A program made the position numbers and the translations under genes. Positions 9,176 to 16,400 of a stretch of DNA of 64,000 nt are shown here, piece by piece (position 1 is the first letter of the stretch; every line of letters begins with the position of its first letter). The notes under the pieces were generated by a model. That model saw only the letters and a list, made by a program, of their open reading frames with translations, had not been told where the DNA came from and searched no databases. The DNA is taken from NCBI GenBank assembly GCA_046725585.1, contig JBKOYV010000160.1, positions 2,742 through 66,741 on the forward strand, given 5' to 3'. This stretch comes from Gemmatimonadota bacterium (lineage in GTDB: Bacteria > Gemmatimonadota > Gemmatimonadetes > Gemmatimonadales > Gemmatimonadaceae).

Positions 9176-11575
9176 ATGTTGGTCAACGACATTCGCTTTG
9201 CAGTCCGTGCGCTCGCGCGCAGCCGCACGTTCAGCATCACGGCGCTCGCGACGCTGGCGCTCGGCATCAGTGTCAACACCGCGATCTTCAGCGTGATCGA
9301 CTCGGTGCTGCTCACGCCGCCGCCATTCGCCCAGCCCGACCGGATCGTCACGATCGAAGGCCAGAACAAGGCGCACGGGCTCGAGGGTTCGAGCGTGGCG
9401 TACCCCGACGTGCTCGACTGGCGCGCCGACGCCCACGCCTTCGACGAGATCGCGATCTACCGTAGCCAGACGTTCAACGTCGCCGGCGACGACCGGGCCG
9501 AGCGCGCGAGTGGCGCGCGGGTGTCGGCGAACTACTTCCGGGTGTTCGGCGTCACGCCCCAGCTCGGGCGAACGTTCCTGCCGGAGGAGGAGGCGTTAGG
9601 CAGAGAGCGTGTGATCGTGCTGAGCGACGCATACTGGCGGCGCCGGTTCGCGGCGTCGTCGGCCATCATTGGGCAGCCGCTCCTGATCAACGGGTGGCAG
9701 TACACGGTCGTTGGTGTGATGCCGAAGGGGTTCGCGTACCCGCCGAATGCCGAGGCGTGGTCACCGTTCGTGGCCGACTCGCAGGCGATGCACCGGGGAA
9801 GTCGGTTCATTCGCGGCGTCGGCCGTCTGTCGGCACCCGCCACAGTTCAGCAAGGAGTGGCGGAGCTGAACGCGATCGCGACGCGACTCGAGCAGGCGTA
9901 TCCGGGATCGAACACAGGATGGCGGGTGACGGCCCGCCCGATTCAGGAAGCCATGGAGGGCCGAGCACCGAAGATTCTGTACACGTTCCTCGGCGCGGTG
10001 GGATTCGTGCTGCTCATCGCCTGCGCGAACGTCGCGAATCTGCTCCTGGCCCGTGCGTCGGGTCGGGCGCGTGAGGTGGCAGTGCGTAAGGCACTCGGCG
10101 CATCGGGCTGGCGCCTGATGAGGCAGCTGCTTACCGAGAGTATCATCCTCGCGATGGGCGGCGCGACGCTCGGAGTCTTGCTGTCACTCTGGGAAGTGCG
10201 TCTCCTCAAATCGGTCGTGCCGATTCCGCTTCCGCCCTGGCTGTCGATCGAAGTGAGTGCGCGCGCGCTTGCGTTCACGGTATTGCTGGCGGTCGTGACT
10301 GGCGTGATCGCGGGCATCGTTCCCGCGCTCAAGTTGGCGCGCGGTGGCGTGCACGAGTCATTGGCAACCGGTGTTCGCGGCTCCGGTTCGATGCGACGGA
10401 GTCGGGCACAGCGGACTCTCGTCGTGGCCGAAGTCGCGCTCGCGGTCGTTCTACTCGCAGGCGCCGGGCTCCTGCTCACGAGCCTCGCTCGGCTGCAGGC
10501 GGTGTCACCGGGCTTCTCGGCCGACGGCGTGCTCCTCGCGCGCCTAACGCTGGCCGGTCCGCGATACCAGGACCGTGCGGCGATGGTGCGATTCTACGAC
10601 AATGTGCTGAATCGGCTCCAAGAGACGCCGGGAGTGGAGGCCGCCGGGGCCGCCGGCGCGCTGCCGCTCACCGGATCCGCGAACACGTCGAGCTTTCGCA
10701 TTCCTGGCCGACCCGAGCCTGCCGACGGTCAGGGGCCGACATCGCGGTGGGAGCGGGTGACGCCTGGCTACTTTCGCACGCTCGGGATTCCGCTCAAATC
10801 GGGGCGCGAGTTCGACGCTCGAGACAAAGCGGACGCACCGGCCGTTCTCGTGGTGACGGAGTTGTGGGCGCGAACGTTCTTCCCGGGCGAGCGGAACGTC
10901 GTTGGGAGGCTCGTCGGGCAAGGCGGATCCGACAAACAGTCGACGATCGTGGGCGTCGTGGGCGACGTACGGCACGACGGGCTCGACGAGCCGGTGCAGC
11001 CCACGATGTATTTCCCGTATGCTCAAATGCCGGACGGCGGCATGACGATGGTCGTTCGCTCGTCAGGCGACGCTGCGGCAATGACGAGCGCTGTGCGCGA
11101 CGCGGTCCGCGCCGTGGACGCCACCATTCCTGTGTACGACGTGTCGACAATGCACGAGCAGGTGTCGCGCTCGATCCTGGCGCAGCGATTGAGTGGATCG
11201 ATGATCGGTGTGTTCGCGCTCATGGCCCTCGTACTGGCGACGGTCGGGGTGTACGGATTGATCGCGTACTCGGTGGCTGAGCGCAGGCACGAGATCGGGA
11301 TTCGGCTCGCGCTCGGGGCACGGGGGCAGGATGTACGCCGCCTGGTGGTTGGTCAGGGCGTGCGGTTGACGCTGGCCGGCGTGGCGATCGGACTTGTCGG
11401 CGCGATCCTGGTCGGCCGAGGTATTCGAAGCATGCTGTATGGCGTTACGGCCATACATGTCCCGACGCTCCTGATCGTCTCCGCGGTCCTACTGATCGTG
11501 GCCGTGCTGGCAAGCTGGATTCCGGCGCGTCGCGCGGCACGCACTGACTTGCTTGGAGCATTGCGCGGGGAGTAA
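9176..11575 (+). CDS. ADOP-family permease
   Basis: 799 aa, third tandem paralogue (MLVNDIRFAVRALARSRTF.., ..ACANVANLLLARA.., ..RRHEIGIRLALGA.., ..PARRAARTDLLGALR). Confidence 0.9.
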   Translation: MLVNDIRFAVRALARSRTFSITALATLALGISVNTAIFSVIDSVLLTPPPFAQPDRIVTIEGQNKAHGLEGSSVAYPDVLDWRADAHAFDEIAIYRSQTFNVAGDDRAERASGARVSANYFRVFGVTPQLGRTFLPEEEALGRERVIVLSDAYWRRRFAASSAIIGQPLLINGWQYTVVGVMPKGFAYPPNAEAWSPFVADSQAMHRGSRFIRGVGRLSAPATVQQGVAELNAIATRLEQAYPGSNTGWRVTARPIQEAMEGRAPKILYTFLGAVGFVLLIACANVANLLLARASGRAREVAVRKALGASGWRLMRQLLTESIILAMGGATLGVLLSLWEVRLLKSVVPIPLPPWLSIEVSARALAFTVLLAVVTGVIAGIVPALKLARGGVHESLATGVRGSGSMRRSRAQRTLVVAEVALAVVLLAGAGLLLTSLARLQAVSPGFSADGVLLARLTLAGPRYQDRAAMVRFYDNVLNRLQETPGVEAAGAAGALPLTGSANTSSFRIPGRPEPADGQGPTSRWERVTPGYFRTLGIPLKSGREFDARDKADAPAVLVVTELWARTFFPGERNVVGRLVGQGGSDKQSTIVGVVGDVRHDGLDEPVQPTMYFPYAQMPDGGMTMVVRSSGDAAAMTSAVRDAVRAVDATIPVYDVSTMHEQVSRSILAQRLSGSMIGVFALMALVLATVGVYGLIAYSVAERRHEIGIRLALGARGQDVRRLVVGQGVRLTLAGVAIGLVGAILVGRGIRSMLYGVTAIHVPTLLIVSAVLLIVAVLASWIPARRAARTDLLGALRGE

Positions 11576-11577
11576 TC

Positions 11578-11600
11578 GGGACTGGGGGCTGGGGACTCGG
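11578..11600. repeat. heptad array GGGACTG GGGGCTG GGGACTC GG (left inverted arm)
   Basis: 22 of 23 positions match the reverse complement of 12099..12130. Confidence 0.85.
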
Positions 11601-11613
11601 CTACTCAGACCGT

Positions 11614-11993
11614 TTACCTCACCGTCTGTTTGGAAGCGCGGTAAAGCGCGCGAAGGAGCTTCGTTAGCATCCTGCCGATCGAGCTGATTAGCCTGAACGC
11701 CTTGGCGCATTCTTCCTCGCTGAGACGCTTGTAGCGAATCGCCACGTAAAGAATGGATTCCACCTCGAGCAGTGACCCACGCGCCATCGACACGTGATGC
11801 GCGTACTCGAGACGGTGTACGCGCCCGTTGCCCTCCGCGATATTCGATGGCGCGGATAGGGCGGCGCTACAGATCTGGTTTGCCATGGCGAACCGACGGC
11901 AGCGGATCGGTTTCTCCGCTAGCTCATCGACCGTTGCAGGCAGTTCACGCCAAGGTTCCAGACGTCGAGATCCTTGTAGCTGTGCAGAGTCAT
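11614..11993 (-). pseudogene. four-helix-bundle protein (23S rRNA intervening-sequence-protein family) split by a 1-nt frameshift
   Basis: The N-terminus MTLHSYKDLDVWNLG.. (ATG at 11993) runs into a TAG at 11919. The rest of the family signature (..ELPATVDELAEKP..ANQICSAALSAPSNIAEGNGR..ARGSLLEVES..) continues in another frame to the stop at 11614. The junction is near 11950 (TTGGCG). Confidence 0.7.
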
Positions 11994-12095
11994 GTCGCGT
12001 ACCGTAGTTGATCGTCCGGACGCGAGGTAAACTGCTTCCGGGCTTTCGCCGACTCGCCATCGCCATTCTTCAGGTAGGCACAAACCTTTGCAACG

Positions 12096-13472
12096 ATGCC
12101 GAGTCCCGAGTCCCCAGTCCCCAGTCCCCAAATCCTCATTGCCGACGACCAACCGGCCGTGCTCGATGCACTCCGACTCCTTCTGAAGGAAGAAGGCTGG
12201 CGTGTCGTCTCGGCATCGCGACCCGTCGAGATCCTGAAGGCTGTCGAGGCACACACGCTCGACGCGGTCGTCATGGATCTCAACTACGCGCGCGACACGA
12301 CGTCGGGGAAGGAAGGGCTCGACGTTCTCGCGCGCGTGCGCGGGTTCGACGCGACGTTGCCGATCATCGTCATGACCGCGTACGGCAGCGTCCAGGGCGC
12401 CGTCGAGGCCATGCGCCGAGGGGCGGCGGATTACATCGAGAAGCCGTGGGATGACGAGCGGCTCATCGCGATCCTGAGGACACAGATCGAGCTCTCCCAG
12501 GCGCGGCGAGCGAACGAGCGGCTCGCGACCCAGAACAAGCGCCTCGCGCCTAACGTGCCGACGCTCGTCGCGGGCTCGCGCGCGATGCAGCCGGTGCTCG
12601 AGTTGATCGACCGCGTTGCGGCGTCCGACGCGAACGTGCTCATCACCGGTGAGCACGGGACCGGTAAAGAAGTCGTCGCGCAGCGTCTGCATGCCGCGTC
12701 GCACCGCGCCTCGCGGCCGCTCATCACGGTGAACGCCGGCGGGCTCTCCGAAGGCGTCGCCGAGAGCGAGCTGTTCGGTCACATGAAGGGCGCGTTCACC
12801 GACGCGAAGACCGATCGCGTCGGCTGCTTCGAGCTCGCCGACGGCGGCACCCTGTTTCTCGACGAGATCGCGAACATGGCGGCCAAGCTCCAATCGAAGC
12901 TCCTCCGCGTGCTGCAAACGGGCGAGTTCCAGCGCGTGGGGTCGTCGCGCACCCTGCGCGCGGACGTGCGCGTGCTGGCCGCGACCAACGCGGACATCAA
13001 CGCCGAGATCGCGGCCGGCCGCTTTCGCGAAGACCTGTTATACCGACTGAACACCGTGGAGATTCGCCTTCCGCCGCTCCGGGACCGGCGAGAAGACATC
13101 CCTCGTCTGGCCGCTCACTTCCTCGGGGAATACTCGGCACGCTACCGCAAGTCGCTCCACGGGTTCGATGACGACGCCACCGCAGCCATGCACGCGCACG
13201 GCTGGCCGGGCAACGTGCGCGAGCTGCAACATGCGGTCGAGCGCGCGGTGCTCATGGCCCGCACGGGCTCCATCACGAGCGGCGACCTCGGCCTCCGAGC
13301 GGGCGCACCCGGGAGCGCGGCCGACCTCTCGGGCATGACGATGGATGACGCCGAGAAGTACATCATCCAGCAGGCGCTGGCGCGACATGGCGGCAACGTC
13401 GTGCAGGCGGCTGAGGCGTTAGGCATGAGCCGGAGCGCGCTGTACCGGCGGATACAGCAGCATGGGCTCTGA
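12096..13472 (+). CDS. sigma-54-dependent NtrC-family response regulator
   Basis: Receiver domain (ILIADDQPAVL.., DAVVMDLNY), AAA+ sigma-54 interaction domain (GEHGTGKEVVA, ESELFGHMKGAFTDA, RVLAATN, GNVRELQH) and a C-terminal Fis-type HTH (AAEALGMSRSALYRRI). Confidence 0.9.
   Translation: MPSPESPVPSPQILIADDQPAVLDALRLLLKEEGWRVVSASRPVEILKAVEAHTLDAVVMDLNYARDTTSGKEGLDVLARVRGFDATLPIIVMTAYGSVQGAVEAMRRGAADYIEKPWDDERLIAILRTQIELSQARRANERLATQNKRLAPNVPTLVAGSRAMQPVLELIDRVAASDANVLITGEHGTGKEVVAQRLHAASHRASRPLITVNAGGLSEGVAESELFGHMKGAFTDAKTDRVGCFELADGGTLFLDEIANMAAKLQSKLLRVLQTGEFQRVGSSRTLRADVRVLAATNADINAEIAAGRFREDLLYRLNTVEIRLPPLRDRREDIPRLAAHFLGEYSARYRKSLHGFDDDATAAMHAHGWPGNVRELQHAVERAVLMARTGSITSGDLGLRAGAPGSAADLSGMTMDDAEKYIIQQALARHGGNVVQAAEALGMSRSALYRRIQQHGL
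12099..12130. repeat. heptad array CCGAGTC x2, CCCAGTC x2, CCC (inverted copy of the GGGGACT arrays)
   Basis: Starts at codon 2 of the 12096 CDS, where it is translated as PSPESPVPSPQ. It is the reverse complement of the unit used at 11578 and 13483. Confidence 0.85.
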
Positions 13473-13482
13473 ATCGAGGACG

Positions 13483-13527
13483 GGGGACCGACGACCGGGG
13501 ACTGGAGACTCGGGACTGGGGACTCGG
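13483..13527. repeat. heptad array GGGGACC GACGACC GGGGACT GGAGACT CGGGACT GGGGACT CGG
   Basis: Same unit and orientation as 11578..11600, and inverted relative to 12099..12130. Confidence 0.85.
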
Positions 13528-13572
13528 CGTGGGCCGCGATCGTCTCGGGTCCGGCTCCCTGTAGAGTCTCGT

Positions 13573-14877
13573 GTGCCGCTCGTCGTTCTTCTCGGCGGGT
13601 TGCCGGGCGTCATCGTGTCACTCGTGTGGCTCTGGACGGGCGACCACGGGATCGAGGTTCGGTGGACGCTGACCGTCGTCGTGTTAGGCGCATGGTTGAC
13701 GGCTGCGGCCATCGCGCGCGAGCGGGTCATCCGGCCGATTCAGACGCTCGCCAACCTGCTTTCGGGGCTCCGTGAAGGCGACTACTCGGTTCGCGGCGCC
13801 GGTGCCAACGAGGACGACGCCCTAGGTATCGCCATCACCGAGATCAACGCGTTAGGCAACACGCTCCAGGCGCAGCGACTGGGCGCGCTGGAAGCGACGG
13901 CGCTCCTCCGGACGGTGATCGCCGAGATCGACGCGGCGATCTTCGCGTTCGATAGCGAGGGGAAACTCCGGCTCGTCAACCGCGAGGGCGGACGGCTGCT
14001 CGGCCAGCCGATCGAACGCCTGTTGGGTCGTGGGGCAGACACGTTAGGCCTGGACATCTACCTGCGCGACGACGCACCGCGTACCCTCGACCTCTCACGC
14101 GACGGCCGGATAGCGCGGTGGGAGGTGAGGCGCCGCGAGTTTCGGCAGGATGGGCTTCCCCATCAACTGCTCGTGCTCACCGATGTGAGTCACGTGCTGC
14201 GCGAAGAGGAGCGCCAGGCGTGGCAGCGCATCGTGCGCGTGCTGAGCCATGAGATCAACAACTCGCTCGCTCCCATCAAGTCCATCGCGCGCAGCCTGAA
14301 CCGGGTGCTCAAGCGGGAACCCCGGGCGCCCGACTGGGAGCACGAGATGTCGCATGGGCTCGACGTGATCGAGGGGCGTTCGGGTTCGCTCAGTCGATTT
14401 CTCCAGGCGTACGCGCGGCTCGCCCAGCTCCCGAAGCCCGTGCGGCGGCCAGTGGATGTGGAAGCATGGGTACGGCGCGTCGTGGAGCTGGAAGAGCGGA
14501 TGGCGGTCGCGCTCTGCCCTGGTCCACCAACGACGGTCCTCGCCGATCGCGATCAGCTCGACCAGCTGCTCATCAATATCGTGCGCAACGCGGTGGACGC
14601 TGCGTCCGACAGCGGCGGTGGCGTGCGCGTCTCCTGGATGAGCGATGAGTCGTCGGTGATCGTGTCCGTCGAGGACGAGGGTCCGGGCCTGAGCAACACG
14701 GCAAACCTCTTCGTGCCGTTCTTCACGACCAAGCCGGAGGGCACGGGGATTGGCCTCGCGCTCAGCCGACAGATCGCCGAAGCGCATGGTGGGACGCTCA
14801 CGCTGGAGAACCGGGAGGACCGTCCCGGGGCCCGTGCCCGGCTACGGCTTCCGCTTCGGCAGAACGCTCAGGCCTAA
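13573..14877 (+). CDS. sensor histidine kinase (partner of the NtrC-type regulator)
   Basis: ORF 13462..14877. The first 37 codons only translate the heptad array, so GTG 13573 (VPLVVLLGGLPG.., TM) is preferred, though the start is uncertain. HAMP-like segment, H-box LSHEINNSLAPI, ATPase boxes NIVRNAVDA, DEGPGL, GTGIGLALS. Confidence 0.75.
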   Translation: MPLVVLLGGLPGVIVSLVWLWTGDHGIEVRWTLTVVVLGAWLTAAAIARERVIRPIQTLANLLSGLREGDYSVRGAGANEDDALGIAITEINALGNTLQAQRLGALEATALLRTVIAEIDAAIFAFDSEGKLRLVNREGGRLLGQPIERLLGRGADTLGLDIYLRDDAPRTLDLSRDGRIARWEVRRREFRQDGLPHQLLVLTDVSHVLREEERQAWQRIVRVLSHEINNSLAPIKSIARSLNRVLKREPRAPDWEHEMSHGLDVIEGRSGSLSRFLQAYARLAQLPKPVRRPVDVEAWVRRVVELEERMAVALCPGPPTTVLADRDQLDQLLINIVRNAVDAASDSGGGVRVSWMSDESSVIVSVEDEGPGLSNTANLFVPFFTTKPEGTGIGLALSRQIAEAHGGTLTLENREDRPGARARLRLPLRQNAQA

Positions 14878-15333
14878 CGCGGCCGGAACGGCGGTCAGCC
14901 AGCCAACGTGGATCACGCCCCAGAGCCCGATCAGGATCGCCTCGGCGGCGTCGTGGCGGAGCGACGTAGGCCGCGAGGCCTCTGACCATTCGACGACGCG
15001 TCGCGCGATGCCATCGGCGATGCGCTTCGCCTGCTCGCCCGAGCGCTGATCGCGGGCGAGCAGGAACATCGACCGCCACTCTTCCGCGCTGACGCGTCGT
15101 ACGCGCGACCCGTGTCGCTCGGACGCCGTGGCCCAGTGCTCGGCGAGCGGGCCGCCGCCCTCCAGCACGACATAGCTGGGATCGAAGGCCTCGTGCAGCA
15201 GCGCGGGTATCGCGCGCTTGAGACGCGAGGCCGCACCGAAGTTCCGCGAGCGGTACCAGATGAGGCGACCATCATCGCGGTAGACGGCAAGCCCGGTGCG
15301 GACGCCAACATCAACGGCGAGGAGCGACGGCAT
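14842..15333 (-). CDS. hypothetical protein, RNase H-fold (RuvC/YqgF-like) pattern
   Basis: 163 aa. LLAVDVGVRTGLAVY.., ..YVVLEGGG.., ..RHDAAEAILIGLWG.. resemble the acidic residues of RuvC-like nucleases. The 3' end overlaps the kinase convergently by 36 nt. Confidence 0.4.
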   Translation of the reverse strand: MPSLLAVDVGVRTGLAVYRDDGRLIWYRSRNFGAASRLKRAIPALLHEAFDPSYVVLEGGGPLAEHWATASERHGSRVRRVSAEEWRSMFLLARDQRSGEQAKRIADGIARRVVEWSEASRPTSLRHDAAEAILIGLWGVIHVGWLTAVPAALGLSVLPKRKP

Positions 15334-15359
15334 CTGCCCCTTGATCGTCGGCGAAGCGG

Positions 15360-15797
15360 TCAGGCGAGATGCCGTTGCTCGCCCACGGCGTATGCCTCAC
15401 GCATCCACGCGACGAACGTTCCGTCCACCTCGTTAGGGTGCTCGAGGCGAAACGCGTGCAGGTGATTTCTTGGCGAGAACGTCTCGATCTTCCGAAATCG
15501 AGGATGCTCCAGACGTCGCGCCAGAACGACGTGACCGTCGAGCCACCGTTTGCGTGGGGTGACCTGCGCGAACGACATGCGAACCTGGAAGGCGATGCGC
15601 GTTTTCTCCGGGAGGATGATGACCGGCCCGATGGAGCGAACGGCGGTCGCCACGAGATCGTAGAGCTCCCGCACGACTGGCTCGCATCCGGCGAAGTGGT
15701 GGTCGAGGTCGTGCAACGCGCCGCAGGTGTGCGTCTGATTCCGGTTCGCGAACCGGCGCCCGCACTTTGGGCAGCGCCACAGCGACTCGTCAGGCAT
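15360..15797 (-). CDS. DUF5655-like protein with N-terminal zinc ribbon
   Basis: Trimmed from ORF 15360..16142 to MPDESLWRCPKCGRRFANRNQTHTC... The ATG overlaps the upstream stop by 8 nt (ATGCCTGA). Confidence 0.6.
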   Translation of the reverse strand: MPDESLWRCPKCGRRFANRNQTHTCGALHDLDHHFAGCEPVVRELYDLVATAVRSIGPVIILPEKTRIAFQVRMSFAQVTPRKRWLDGHVVLARRLEHPRFRKIETFSPRNHLHAFRLEHPNEVDGTFVAWMREAYAVGEQRHLA

Positions 15798-16206
15798 CGT
15801 CGAACCCCCAGAGTCTTGGCGACGCGAGCTCGACACAGTTGCCGGCCGGGTCGCGGACGTACAGCGATCGGCCTCCGCGCGGCCACGCGACCTCCGATTC
15901 GATGGCGACGCCGTCGCCTTCGAGGCGCGTGCGCCACGCCGGAATGTCCGCGTCGGGGACGGCGAACGCCACGTGCCCGGGACCGATGGCGCCATGCGCC
16001 GGGACGATCGCGCCGCCAACGAGCGACGGCTCGCCACTGGTGCGCTCCGGATTGAAGACGAGAAACATCCCGGATCCGCATCGAAAGAAGACATGCCTCC
16101 CAGGCATGCTCGAGTATCGCTCCAGGCCGAGCACGTCGACATAGAACCGCTCGGCGGCGTCGAGGTCGGTGGCGTAGAGGCAGGCTTCGAGAACTCGAGA
16201 GATCAT
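15790..16206 (-). CDS. VOC/glyoxalase-family protein
   Basis: 138 aa. LEACLYATDLDAAERFYVDVLGL.., ..GHVAFAV.., ..SLYVRDPAGNCVEL.. follow the typical paired beta-alpha-beta-beta-beta module. Confidence 0.8.
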   Translation of the reverse strand: MISRVLEACLYATDLDAAERFYVDVLGLERYSSMPGRHVFFRCGSGMFLVFNPERTSGEPSLVGGAIVPAHGAIGPGHVAFAVPDADIPAWRTRLEGDGVAIESEVAWPRGGRSLYVRDPAGNCVELASPRLWGFDDA

Positions 16207-16221
16207 TGAAACGGGGTGTTC

Positions 16222-16333
16222 GTCATTTCGAGCGTAGCTATGTCAGCCCGAGCGAAGCGAGGGATCTTCAGGTTCCCGACAGAGGGCCTCGATCGGGACG
16301 ATGAGGATCCCTCGCCTGACGGCTCGGGATGAC
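16222..16333. repeat. GTCATCC..GGATGAC hairpin repeat (MITE/REP-like), copy a
   Basis: GTCATTTCGAGCG..GAGCGAAGCGAGGGATC..GGATCCCTCGCCTGACGGCTCGGGATGAC. Family members are at 20708, 25293, 27426, 33791 and 62461. Confidence 0.8.
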
Positions 16334-16400
16334 ACGCGCTCACAGCATTCTCACATCGTTCGGATGAGCCGGGCTGGGCAATCCCGACTAGATTGGGCCC

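Noticed and set aside
12000-12095. Sigma-54 promoter (TGGCAC-N5-TTGC) near the NtrC-type regulator or elsewhere
   Set aside because: Several TGGCA(C) strings exist (for example near 8635, 41600 and 51250), but none has a TTGC at the correct spacing or a sensible position upstream of a gene.
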